Assembly (NCBI GenBank): GCA_041653395.1
Contig: JBAZFK010000001.1
Location: forward strand, 66,728-130,727
Source of the DNA: Candidatus Nanoarchaeia archaeon
GTDB lineage: Archaea > Nanobdellota > Nanobdellia > Tiddalikarchaeales > Tiddalikarchaeaceae
Direction of reading: 5' to 3'
Length of the DNA: 64,000 nucleotides
Part shown: in pieces, positions 10,223 through 19,642 of the stretch
Numbering within the stretch: the stretch's first letter is position 1
Layout of the letters: each line of letters begins with the position of its first letter
Translations under genes and position numbers: made by a program
Notes under the pieces: generated by a model
Seen by the model: only the letters and a program-made list of their open reading frames with translations
The model's database searches: none
What the model was told of the DNA's origin: nothing

Positions 10223-10267
10223 AAAATTTAGCAAATTTTATAAAATCAGCAAAGCAGTGTTAGCATT

Positions 10268-10546
10268 ATGAGAGAAACAGTTGATGCCTATATTAATAAG
10301 CAGAACTCTCCTAAAAAAGAGATACTTACAGAATTAAGAAGGCTGATAAAAAATAAATACCCAGGAGTTAAAGAAGAGATGCTAATGGGAGCTGTAAGGT
10401 TTGGCGACAATAAATGTTATATAATCAGCTTGGCTGACCGAGTTAATCTAGGAATCTTGTCCTTTGATGGCAAAAAAACAATGAAAACCAAGGAAATAAA
10501 GGCATTAAAAGACATAAATGAAGCAGAGATTACTAGGTTAATCTGA
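10268..10546 (+). CDS. DUF1801/YdhG-like small protein.
   Basis: The pattern VDAYINKQNSPKKEILTELRRLIKNKYPGVKEEMLMGAVRFG resembles the YdhG family. Confidence 0.3.
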   Translation: MRETVDAYINKQNSPKKEILTELRRLIKNKYPGVKEEMLMGAVRFGDNKCYIISLADRVNLGILSFDGKKTMKTKEIKALKDINEAEITRLI

Positions 10547-10632
10547 AAAAATATTTTTTATATATCCCTGTATGATTTTTTATTAATTTTAAAAAAGCAT
10601 AACTTATTAAAATCATTAATGAATAAATTTTT

Positions 10633-11586
10633 TTGATGATTATTGAACTAGGTATAATGCTTGCCAGCATGATTTTTTTGGCAATAGCCAGTGATAAAGC
10701 AGTTGATTATGCTATTAAGATTTCAAAGTATTTAGGGATAACTGGATTATCCGCAGGTTTTATAATACTTTCAGTTTCAACATCTTTGCCTGAATTATTC
10801 GTTTCAATACATTCATCTTTGGTGAAAGAAATTGGCTTGTCACTCGGAAACGTGCTCGGCTCAAATATCGCCAATGTTACAATAATTTTGGGCTTGGCTT
10901 TTTTTTTAAGTGGCAGGCGTTTTATAAAATTTAACAGAAGAGTTTTTCAGGGGCTTTTAAGCTTCTTGTTTGTGGCATCGATTATTCCGTTATTCATACT
11001 TCAAACAGGCAATTTATCCTCAATAATGGGTGTGATTCTTCTCATTCTTTTCATTTTCTTTGCAGTTAAGACTCCTAAAAAAATAGAGGGAATTCAGGAG
11101 ATGGAGAAAGCAAAAAAAAGCGAAACAACAATCACTGTCATAAAATTCATAGTATCATTAATAATTGTTTTATTTTCTTCAAAATTATTAGTTGATAATA
11201 GTATAATCATTGCTGAACTCTTAGGCATACCTAACTCAATAATAGGTGCCACAATCATAGGCTTTGGAACAAGCTTGCCAGAGCTTTCAACAACTATTCA
11301 GGCTTTCAGGAAAAAATTATATGATGTGGGTATTGGAAACATTATTGGCAGCTGCATCACTAACTTAACTCTTATCTTGGGTGTGTCTTCATTATTAAGC
11401 ACAGTGCCTATCAACATTTTGTCTTTTTCAACGTTAATATTTTTCACAATACTCTCAATGATTATAACTTGGTATTTTGTAAGCACTGACAGAAAAATTG
11501 ACAGAAAAGAGGCAGCAATATTAATAATAATTTATCTAATTTTCCTGCTTCAGGAGCTAGGGATTATTGCATTTTTGTTCAAATAA
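10633..11586 (+). CDS. Na+/Ca2+ exchanger-family (CaCA, YrbG-like) cation antiporter.
   Basis: It has two alpha-repeats, GNVLGSNIANVTIILG and GATIIGFGTSLPELSTT, and about 10 TM helices. Confidence 0.7.
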   Translation: MMIIELGIMLASMIFLAIASDKAVDYAIKISKYLGITGLSAGFIILSVSTSLPELFVSIHSSLVKEIGLSLGNVLGSNIANVTIILGLAFFLSGRRFIKFNRRVFQGLLSFLFVASIIPLFILQTGNLSSIMGVILLILFIFFAVKTPKKIEGIQEMEKAKKSETTITVIKFIVSLIIVLFSSKLLVDNSIIIAELLGIPNSIIGATIIGFGTSLPELSTTIQAFRKKLYDVGIGNIIGSCITNLTLILGVSSLLSTVPINILSFSTLIFFTILSMIITWYFVSTDRKIDRKEAAILIIIYLIFLLQELGIIAFLFK

Positions 11587-11661
11587 GAATATTTTTTAAA
11601 TTGCCAAAAATACTGTAATTCCCAAATCTTTAAAAATCTTCATAATTATTATTCTATAACT

Positions 11662-13359
11662 ATGAATAAGCCTGTCTTAATCTTAAGTTTATTATTATTA
11701 ATAGAAATAGCAAGCGCTGTAGAGTATGGTCCAACAGGAGCAGTTGGCGCGCCTGATATTTCCGAGATGGGGATTCCAGCAGAAGCTGCAGTCAGAGCTA
11801 GCCAAATACCAAAAGTTATACCTCAAGAAATTATTGATGCAGGAGCTGAAACTGAATATTTAGCTGTTAGCTGCGCAATGGCAAAGTATAATATGCAGAA
11901 GTTCGTTGATGGAGCTGATGCTGTGAAAGCAATATGGGATGAAGTGGTTGTAAGCTTAAGCTCGGAAGGAATAACATTGGATACTAGTGCATTATTATCT
12001 ATCAAAGAAGGTGTTTTAAGCAGGGTTGATGCTTTATGCTCTGCAACACCGCAAACTTATGCACAAGCAATTCAGGGTATTATTGATTATTCATTAGGAG
12101 CTAATGGGCTTGAGCAGCAGCTTAAAAGCATGGGCTCTGAATTAGAGACTAATATTAGGGCTAAAATGGATGGATATGCTGCAGAAGGTGAGGCTTTGCA
12201 GGCGCAGATTGATGCCTTAACTGGTGGCAAAAGCCCTGAAGAGATACAGGCAATAGTTAGCCAGATTCAGGCAAAGAGCACAGAGTATCAGGGAATTACT
12301 GCAAATCCCATGGCTATGCAAGATCCAGCAACTTCAGCAAGAGCAGCAGCATTATTGAGTGAAATACAAACTTTGCAAGCCTCAATTGGTGGAGCAACCC
12401 AAGAGGGCCAAGATGAAGGGGTAGCTTTAGGTGAGCAAGCTCAATCATTAGGAGATAAAGCTCAATTTTTAGGCACAAAAATTGAGAGCATTTTTGGAGG
12501 AATAACCGAAAAGATGAAGCAAGCGTTTGAGGGCAATGATTATTCTACTCAAAAATCAGAAGTTAATGAGGCTTATTATGCATTATTCTTGAAAGTATTT
12601 AATGCAAAAATCATTGATGTTAATGAAAAGAAAGCTGAAATCTCTGCTTATAATATAAACACGAGCATGTTTGATGAAGTCACTGAGTGGGCTGCACAGA
12701 AAAAAGAACAAGCCAAGTCAGTCTTTGTTGAAACAGCAACAGAAGAGGATATAAAAGAATTTATTGAATTAATCAATCTTGAAAGCGCTGAGATGGAGAT
12801 AAGAATTAATAGTATTATTGAAGGATTAATAAGAGAAAAATATGTTGAAAGCCTTGATGAATTAAGAAGCAATGCCAATGCAGGAATAGTTGCAGCAAAT
12901 AATGGGGGTTTAGACACAACCGAATTAGAAGCTTTGACTGCAGAGCTAGAAACTTTAAGGGATGAAGCAATAGCTTTGGATAATGCTGGTAATGATTCTT
13001 TGGCTTTTGAAAAAATAGGCGAGGCACAAGCAGTTGTTGCATTGGTTCAGGAGGAATACGCGAAGCTTCAGGCTCAAGGTGAAGGGGTTCAGATTCAGGC
13101 TCAGGCAGTAATTGCAGCAATTAACTCAGAGAAGGATAAATTATTGTCTTTAAAGCAAGCAGCGCAAAGCTTAAGCCTTGACACTAGTTTGCTTGAAAGC
13201 TTAGAAACTGATTTATATTCTTTAGAAGCTCAAGCGCAGGAGTTATTGGATGCTGGGCAGAATGCTCAGGCATTATTGTTAATCCAGGAGACTAAGGATA
13301 AATTTGAAATTTTGAAAGCTGAATATTCTAGATTATTATCTGAGGTGAGGGCTGAGTGA
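11662..13359 (+). CDS. Secreted Ala/Gln/Glu-rich coiled-coil surface protein.
   Basis: It has a signal peptide. The composition is low-complexity AQE-rich with heptads. Confidence 0.35.
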   Translation: MNKPVLILSLLLLIEIASAVEYGPTGAVGAPDISEMGIPAEAAVRASQIPKVIPQEIIDAGAETEYLAVSCAMAKYNMQKFVDGADAVKAIWDEVVVSLSSEGITLDTSALLSIKEGVLSRVDALCSATPQTYAQAIQGIIDYSLGANGLEQQLKSMGSELETNIRAKMDGYAAEGEALQAQIDALTGGKSPEEIQAIVSQIQAKSTEYQGITANPMAMQDPATSARAAALLSEIQTLQASIGGATQEGQDEGVALGEQAQSLGDKAQFLGTKIESIFGGITEKMKQAFEGNDYSTQKSEVNEAYYALFLKVFNAKIIDVNEKKAEISAYNINTSMFDEVTEWAAQKKEQAKSVFVETATEEDIKEFIELINLESAEMEIRINSIIEGLIREKYVESLDELRSNANAGIVAANNGGLDTTELEALTAELETLRDEAIALDNAGNDSLAFEKIGEAQAVVALVQEEYAKLQAQGEGVQIQAQAVIAAINSEKDKLLSLKQAAQSLSLDTSLLESLETDLYSLEAQAQELLDAGQNAQALLLIQETKDKFEILKAEYSRLLSEVRAE

Positions 13360-13577
13360 AAAAAATAATTCCATTAATTTTTGCAATAATCCTTTTTGCT
13401 GGATGCACGCAATCAAGCAATGCTGACTTAAGCAATTTGCAGGAGTTAGGGGATTTACCTAACCTTAATGTTAATGGTATGGAAGAATTAGGAAATCTTC
13501 CTTCAACTAATGTATCCATAGATTTAGGCTCAGGAATACCTAGCAATAACCCTTTTCCTAGCGAGCCTATAATATAA
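13356..13577 (+). CDS. Small secreted lipoprotein.
   Basis: It has the lipobox FAGCTQ. Its start overlaps the upstream stop (TGA/ATG). Confidence 0.3.
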   Translation: MKKIIPLIFAIILFAGCTQSSNADLSNLQELGDLPNLNVNGMEELGNLPSTNVSIDLGSGIPSNNPFPSEPII

Positions 13578-13583
13578 TAAAAT

Positions 13584-14657
13584 TTATGGCTGTTCAGGAT
13601 TATTTGGCAGCAGCCCAATCTTTTTAACCCACCACCAAGAAATAAAAGTGGCAACTACTGTAATGAAAATTAAGAATGACAAGTACCATCCAGTGTCTGC
13701 AGGGGTGAACAAGAAAATATTGGTCTGTGACAATATTGTTGCTATAGTGTTAGGTACTAACAATGCTGTTCCAATAACTGTCAGAATTCCCATCATGTAA
13801 GTCATTCTATTGTTGATTACTTGCAATTGATTATTGTAAATTGACTGAAGCACTGCGAGCCCTGAAGCCAAAACATTGGATAAATCTTCAGCAAGTGAGA
13901 TTTGGGTGTGCACTTTTTCCAGTTGAACAGTTATTCCTTCAAGTATTTTAGGGTTATTAGACAATACTTCAGCATCGCCGTAATCAAGCGATGAAAGCAC
14001 GCTGGTTGTTGACCATAATCCAGATAAGTATTTTACAAGCGCATGCTTCATGTGATAAATCTTAACCCCTAATATCTTCCTTGATGCAGAGTTGTCAATC
14101 AATTCGCGGCTTATTTTATCGCTGGAGTCTTCTATTTCAGAAACTTGCTCAAAATTAAACCTGTTATTCTTTGCAATTATTCTGATAAGCAATAATGTGG
14201 GCAAGTCTTCTTTTTTTGATTTCTTTATTATGGACTCAGCATAAGCGTATAATTGCTTTAAATGAAGGGATTTGGTTGATTGTATTGATAATATTAAATC
14301 TTTTTTAATAAGTATCATTAAAGGGTCAATTTTTACATCAAAATTATTCACATCAATTACTGGAAGGATTAATCCCATCTCTGAATTCAAGTCTTCATAC
14401 CTGCTTGTTGTGCGATCATGTTTATCTTTTGATAATTTTATAAGATTATTCACTAACGTTTCTGAAAATCCTAATTTAGATGCTATTTCCAAGGATTCTT
14501 TTGTGAAATCATTTGCGGAATGGTCAACCCATGAAAATGATGCATGCTTTATTAAGGGCATAAGCTCGTCAAAATTGTTTGCTTGCTTGCTGTTGGTGGC
14601 ATTTTTTATCAGGCTTGCGCAAAAACTTAAATAAGTAGTTGGTTCTTCATTTGCCAT
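13584..14657 (-). CDS. CorA-like divalent cation transporter with an atypical pore motif.
   Basis: It has a long cytosolic N-terminal domain and two C-terminal TM helices. NNRMTYMMGILTVIGTALLVPNTIATILSQTNIFLFTPAD aligns to the CorA NxxMKxLTxxxxIFLPLTLIAGIYGMNFxxMPEL, with GMN replaced by QTN. Confidence 0.45.
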   Translation of the reverse strand: MANEEPTTYLSFCASLIKNATNSKQANNFDELMPLIKHASFSWVDHSANDFTKESLEIASKLGFSETLVNNLIKLSKDKHDRTTSRYEDLNSEMGLILPVIDVNNFDVKIDPLMILIKKDLILSIQSTKSLHLKQLYAYAESIIKKSKKEDLPTLLLIRIIAKNNRFNFEQVSEIEDSSDKISRELIDNSASRKILGVKIYHMKHALVKYLSGLWSTTSVLSSLDYGDAEVLSNNPKILEGITVQLEKVHTQISLAEDLSNVLASGLAVLQSIYNNQLQVINNRMTYMMGILTVIGTALLVPNTIATILSQTNIFLFTPADTGWYLSFLIFITVVATFISWWWVKKIGLLPNNPEQP

Positions 14658-14735
14658 AATTATTAAAAGTTAAAGAAACATTTTAAACTTTTCTTTATAA
14701 AAAATGAAATAAAAAAAATCAAAAAATAGTGTGAA

Positions 14736-14981
14736 TTATTTTTTCTTTTTATACGATGCCCATTCTTTCGGAACTTTGCTTATTTTTTCAATGATATCAA
14801 ATATCATCTTTTTAATTTCTGACGATTTGACAGCATCTTTTGCTTTTAATTCTGCTGTAATCATTTTAGCAATAGTTTCCGCAACTGGTGCAGGCATTTT
14901 TGCTCCAATACATGCTTTGGCAATTTTTGCTTCACTGTAAGGCTGTATTGATTTATTGTTTTTAATTACTTTAGTAACCAT
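14736..14981 (-). CDS. Stand-alone ATP-cone domain protein.
   Basis: VIKNNKSIQPYSEAKIAKA...VAETIAKMI fits the ATP-cone consensus. The length is 81 aa. Confidence 0.4.
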   Translation of the reverse strand: MVTKVIKNNKSIQPYSEAKIAKACIGAKMPAPVAETIAKMITAELKAKDAVKSSEIKKMIFDIIEKISKVPKEWASYKKKK

Positions 14982-15078
14982 ATTAAAAATTAATCTTTAA
15001 GTGCTCTTTAATATTTCCAAAAAGCAACCGATATATATCTCTTTAATATTTATAATGTTAGGATAACTAATAAAATTC

Positions 15079-16698
15079 ATGTTTAAAAATTTTTTTTTAT
15101 TGTTAGCATTATTGTTTTTTTCAAAGATTTATGCTTTTGACATTAGCCAAATAAGCCACTATGATTTTGACACCTTTGACTGCAGCCAATTCGACGAGGA
15201 GGAACTAATAAGGCACTGCGAATCAACAAAGTCATTCATAAAAGGATGCTATATAAACCCTAACTCTTGCGATTGCTCATACTTTTCAGAGGATGAAGCT
15301 AAAGCTGAGTGCCAAAAATGGGTTGATGAAGGCATTAAATTAATGAGCCAAAAATCCGAGGAGTGCATGAATGATTTGACTGCTTGCTCGTGTGCTGACT
15401 TGCCTCATCCACGATTAGTTGATGTTTGTGAGAATGAAAAAGCAAAATTTATAGGGAAACTGAAAGCTTTAGAGCAATTATGCTTTGATACTCCGGAGGC
15501 TTGTGACTGCTCAATTTTTGAAAAGTCAGAATATGTTTCTAAATGCAATGAAGAACTAGCCAAAGGTGCAGAAATCAAGGCAGCATGCGAATCAAATATT
15601 TCTTTATGCGACTGCTCAATCATCACTAACCTGGTTGCCAAGCAAAAATGCGAAGAAGCCAAGACTTATTATGTAGATTATGAGTCAAATTTTAGGCAAA
15701 AATGCGAAGATAATTTTGATGAATGCGACTGCACAAAAATACCGAATCTGAACGGTCAAAAACAATGCGAAGAAGCAAAAAAGCAGGCAGTAACTCAAGC
15801 AGAGGGCCAAGTGTATGCAATGCTTTATGACTGCTTCAAAGACATTAATTCCTGCGACTGCACAAAATTAGAAAATACGGGTTACATTAATTATTGCGAA
15901 GAGACTAAGAGTTACGGCTTTGCTTGCATGCAAACAGGAGGAATGGGCTGCGAGCAGCTTGATAACATTGTTTTTTATCCTCCAGGCTTGCCAACATTTT
16001 TGCAGCCTTATTTTGCCCAAACTTTTAAGAGCTTCATTGATGCTGAGAAGTTGAAAGGAATGGCAGCTTCAGCTGAAATTGCCAAAACTTGCGTAATAGA
16101 CCCGGAGAATTGCGACTGCTCAGCTATACCTGTCTATGCAAGGGAGTTTTGCCTAGACAAAAAAGAGATGCAGCTAAACTGCATTAATGGCAACATAACT
16201 GCTTGTGAATTATTAGACCAGACAATTAATGTAGTTCCCTTAACTGCCCCGAAATTTGTCAGGGATTTTCTGGATCCAATACTCAGGCCTTTAGTGTTGC
16301 TTCAAAAGGAGCAAATCAAAGGTCAGTATGCAGAGAAAGTGAAGGATCAAATGCTTGCCTGCATTGATGATGAAAATTCATGCAATTGTGAAAGCGTTCC
16401 TTTGCAATATCAAGAGTTCTGCAGTAATAAGATTAATCTGGTGAAAGAGTGCAGGCTAAAGAATTATGAGTCATGTTTCAGATTAATGGATGAGTCTAAT
16501 ATTCCTGATGATATTCCAGGATTTATCAGAATCTTTGTGGAAAGCTCTGTAAATAGCCAGGTTAACCAGAGAATGAATGAAGTGTTTTTAGAAATAAGGC
16601 CAAGTGCTTGCATAAGCATGAGCGTATCAGAATGCAGGAAATATTATGAGGACAATTGCAAAGGGTTAAGTGTCAATGAGTGCCTAGTTACTCAATAA
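15079..16698 (+). CDS. Secreted Cys-rich repeat protein with about 8 CDC[ST]-x9-11-C-x-E repeats.
   Basis: It has a signal peptide. The repeats include SCDCSYF..AECQ, ACSCADL..VCEN, ACDCSIF..KCNE, LCDCSII..KCEE, ECDCTKI..QCEE, SCDCTKL..YCEE, NCDCSAI..FCLD and SCNCESV..FCSN. Confidence 0.5.
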   Translation: MFKNFFLLLALLFFSKIYAFDISQISHYDFDTFDCSQFDEEELIRHCESTKSFIKGCYINPNSCDCSYFSEDEAKAECQKWVDEGIKLMSQKSEECMNDLTACSCADLPHPRLVDVCENEKAKFIGKLKALEQLCFDTPEACDCSIFEKSEYVSKCNEELAKGAEIKAACESNISLCDCSIITNLVAKQKCEEAKTYYVDYESNFRQKCEDNFDECDCTKIPNLNGQKQCEEAKKQAVTQAEGQVYAMLYDCFKDINSCDCTKLENTGYINYCEETKSYGFACMQTGGMGCEQLDNIVFYPPGLPTFLQPYFAQTFKSFIDAEKLKGMAASAEIAKTCVIDPENCDCSAIPVYAREFCLDKKEMQLNCINGNITACELLDQTINVVPLTAPKFVRDFLDPILRPLVLLQKEQIKGQYAEKVKDQMLACIDDENSCNCESVPLQYQEFCSNKINLVKECRLKNYESCFRLMDESNIPDDIPGFIRIFVESSVNSQVNQRMNEVFLEIRPSACISMSVSECRKYYEDNCKGLSVNECLVTQ

Positions 16699-16774
16699 TT
16701 CTGCATTCATAAACAATATTATTTTCAGCTTTTCAATAAATAATCTTATTTAAATTATCAGAATACGAATTAAA

Positions 16775-17620
16775 TTAAAAATTATGCAGCAATTTCATTG
16801 ATTTTAAAAAATATTCAATATTAAATTTTTCTTTGTTGTCTTCAACAATCATTCCAATCATTCCAAGATCATAAAAATCCTTTAATATCTTTGTATTATT
16901 CAAATAAGTTAAATATTCCTTATTTTGCATTTCAGAGCTGTCTTCGCAATAATTTTCTCTTCTAAGGTTGATAAATTCCTCTATTTTTGTTTCAGGGTCA
17001 AAATTTAAGCAAGCTATTTTTATGTTTCCTGACCTTATTTCTGAAAGCTTCTGAGATTCTTCCTCATCTAAAAGTCCCTGATTATCCATAAAATTAAGCC
17101 TTTTGGTTTTATTGACAACTAAATCTTCAAGATTATGGACTTTTACTGAATAATCTTTAGTTTTTATAATATTAGCATTTTCTATCTCTCTCTTTTTTTC
17201 ATCATAATGTTTTTTCCAATAACCTTCAGAAAAAGTTGACAAGTGGAAAAAAACAGGAGAAGTATTGTCACTTTTGTCATACATTGCTATTTCATATCCT
17301 CCTCTATTTTTTGAATGAGAAACATGATAATTAAAAAAACCTTGATTATATAGTGCTATATCGAATTTGTTCCCAATATCAACAAGAGAATTTTTGCTTA
17401 TAAATCCTAAATATTCTGGCAAAAAATCAGTATCATTAGTTACTCTTAATAATTTTTCATCTTTTGGAAAATATTGTTTGCAGTAAATTTGAACAGCGAC
17501 CCCTCCAACAACAATAATTGGAATAAATGTAGGAATTAATTCAAGACCTTTTTTAATTTCAGCCGAGTTTATGGTGTATTCTCCAAATTCTTTTTTTAAT
17601 TCCATTCTAATTATAAGCAA
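16775..17620 (-). CDS. Hypothetical protein, possibly a Pol-beta-fold nucleotidyltransferase.
   Basis: There is a weak VVGGVAVQIY...RVTNDTDF match to the hGGxA...R.T.DiD pattern. Confidence 0.2.
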   Translation of the reverse strand: MLIIRMELKKEFGEYTINSAEIKKGLELIPTFIPIIVVGGVAVQIYCKQYFPKDEKLLRVTNDTDFLPEYLGFISKNSLVDIGNKFDIALYNQGFFNYHVSHSKNRGGYEIAMYDKSDNTSPVFFHLSTFSEGYWKKHYDEKKREIENANIIKTKDYSVKVHNLEDLVVNKTKRLNFMDNQGLLDEEESQKLSEIRSGNIKIACLNFDPETKIEEFINLRRENYCEDSSEMQNKEYLTYLNNTKILKDFYDLGMIGMIVEDNKEKFNIEYFLKSMKLLHNF

Positions 17621-17937
17621 GATTTCTATTTAAAAGATTTTTCTTTGCTAAATCATTTGTTTAAAAGGTTAACTAAAGCCTTTTTTGCGAATTTCTTATC
17701 TAAATAGCAATTAATTAACTTTTTATTGAATTTTTTATTATTTTGCCAATACAAGCTTTTTTAATGCATTTTGGATAAATATATTTATAAACTTTTTTGA
17801 ATTTTGGCAAGGTTTAAATACTCTTCTTTGTTATTAGTATTTTATCCTATGATAATAAAAAACACTAATGAACGTTCATATAAAAGGATAAATCTAAATT
17901 ATTCTCAAAAAAAAATATTTGAGGGAGGGTTGAGAAG

Positions 17938-18000
17938 ATGAATACAAAGAAACCAGAAGCTCCAAAATCAAAGAAACCAGAAGCACCAAAAAATGAATGA
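17938..18000 (+). CDS. Possible 20-aa micropeptide, MNTKKPEAPKSKKPEAPKNE.
   Basis: There is a strong SD-like GAGGGAGGG sequence 4 nt upstream, and an internal KKPEAPK repeat. Confidence 0.2.
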   Translation: MNTKKPEAPKSKKPEAPKNE

Positions 18001-18096
18001 TTATAATTCATTTTTTTTGAAAATTAAATAAAGAATAGGGCCCTATTCTTTATTTGATAATTTTTTTTTAATTCTTTTAAAATATTAAAGAACAAA

Positions 18097-18480
18097 TCAT
18101 TTTCTGCTATAAAATGCTTTCTTTATAGGCTGAAACTTTTTCTCGCTCATCTTATTGGATAAATTAGGAATAATTGCTTCATTAATCTCCTTAATCTCGC
18201 TTTTTCTGCTATTTGTTAACTTCATCACATTGTTAAAAACTGTTAGCCTAGCATTAGTTATCTCATAATTTTTGCCTTTTTTAACTAAACTAATGAAATC
18301 ATCCCATAAATTAAGCAAAATAGTTGCAGAATCATCAGCGATTAAGAAATCCATTGTTTTATGCTCTGAGCCATCCTGGAAACTAACAGCTCTTATTTCA
18401 TAAGTGTCAATAATCTTAAACTGAATAGTCACCCCCCAAACCCTTGGGTCAAGCTTTTCAATTTTAGTAATCTTTGGCAT
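18097..18480 (-). CDS. Single OB-fold ssDNA-binding (SSB/RPA-like) protein.
   Basis: GVTIQFKIIDTYEIRAVSFQDGSEHKTMDFLIADDSATILLNLWDD matches the RPA/SSB OB-fold signature v.v.g.V....r.....G.e..v..l.DeTG.i.ltlW. Confidence 0.45.
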   Translation of the reverse strand: MPKITKIEKLDPRVWGVTIQFKIIDTYEIRAVSFQDGSEHKTMDFLIADDSATILLNLWDDFISLVKKGKNYEITNARLTVFNNVMKLTNSRKSEIKEINEAIIPNLSNKMSEKKFQPIKKAFYSRK

Positions 18481-18484
18481 AAAA

Positions 18485-19141
18485 TCATTTAATCTCCTGA
18501 TTCTTTAAAAGATTTGATATTTTCTTAAAAAAACCTTCTTTATGGACTTTAGTATAGCAGTCAAAATAGATTTTTTCAATTTCTTCCTTCATTTTTTCAA
18601 CTTTTTGCTTGTCATTCATGACTTTAAGTATGTTATAATTATTTAAGCAACTTTGAATAATTTCATACTTTTTAGTTAAATCCTTATTTATTGAACTAAT
18701 CGGATTAAATTCATTTTTAAAAGAATTAAGGACGATTTTTGCCAATTCGTTGCCTCTTATTTTGCCTAAATAATCACTGATGTTTAAACTGGCAAGCTTA
18801 AGCTTTTCGTAGATTTGGTCTATTTTAACGAATAATTTATGAAAAAGCTCATTGTTTTTTTCATAATTTTGCAAGTATTTCTCTAAGCAATCCTTAGCTT
18901 TTTTTGAGCCATTAAGGCATTTCTCAGAATTCAGATACCTTCTTTTTTTCTCAACAGGATAGCCTTTATCTTTTAATGATTTTTCGCAATTAAGATTATA
19001 CTCCAAATCTTGCATGAAACTTGAATATTCATTATAAGTGATTAAAGAGTTAGATAAGTAGTCATTAAATTTTGAAACATTCAAATGCTTGGCAACTATC
19101 CAGCTTTGCATTAATTCATTGATTAAGTGATTGTTTTCCAT
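18485..19141 (-). CDS. Hypothetical protein.
   Basis: It is an ORF on the same strand, 4 nt upstream of the SSB-like gene. Confidence 0.3.
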   Translation of the reverse strand: MENNHLINELMQSWIVAKHLNVSKFNDYLSNSLITYNEYSSFMQDLEYNLNCEKSLKDKGYPVEKKRRYLNSEKCLNGSKKAKDCLEKYLQNYEKNNELFHKLFVKIDQIYEKLKLASLNISDYLGKIRGNELAKIVLNSFKNEFNPISSINKDLTKKYEIIQSCLNNYNILKVMNDKQKVEKMKEEIEKIYFDCYTKVHKEGFFKKISNLLKNQEIK

Positions 19142-19235
19142 TTAAGATTATTAGAAATAATCTTATTTATAAGGGTTTTTAAAAATATTAAAAAAAATAA
19201 TAAATATATGAATTATTGAATATAAAGATTGAACT

Positions 19236-19538
19236 TTATTCTTCGTCTTCTGAATCTTCTTCTATTTCTTCTTCAACTTCTTCTTTTTGTGCTTTTGGCT
19301 TAACTGAGCCTGGATTCTCTTTATTTTTCATATAGCATTCCCTGCAATATACAGGTAATCCTTCTTTTGGCTTAAATGGCACTTCTGCATCTTTTCCGCA
19401 AGCTGAGCACTTTACTTTGTGCATCTCTCTTGGTCCGCCGAAGCTTCTATTTCCGCCTGAAAATCCTCTATTTCCACCTGAAAAGCTTTTTCTTTCTCTT
19501 CCTTGATAAGGCATAAATTTTTTCCCTCCGTTTAACAA
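19236..19538 (-). CDS. Small nucleic-acid-binding-type protein with an RGG/GGN repeat, a CxxC-x17-CxxC zinc ribbon and an acidic tail.
   Basis: It has FSGGNRGFSGGNRSFGG, then KCSACGK...PVYCRECY, then a C-terminal EEVEEEIEEDSEDEE. Confidence 0.45.
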   Translation of the reverse strand: MLNGGKKFMPYQGRERKSFSGGNRGFSGGNRSFGGPREMHKVKCSACGKDAEVPFKPKEGLPVYCRECYMKNKENPGSVKPKAQKEEVEEEIEEDSEDEE

Positions 19539-19642
19539 AAAATACCATTTTATTGTTTATAAAACTTGGCTATTTGATAAAACTCTAAAAAATCATTAAA
19601 AATTGATAATATTTTAAAATCCTTAGCAGTTTTAAATTAAAT

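Noticed and set aside
12648-13120. Antisense ORFs lie inside the AQE-rich coiled-coil gene.
   Set aside because: They are low-complexity mirror frames of a repetitive gene.
14272-14634. A 120-aa plus-strand ORF lies antisense to the CorA-like gene.
   Set aside because: It overlaps the conserved CorA-like cytosolic domain on the other strand.
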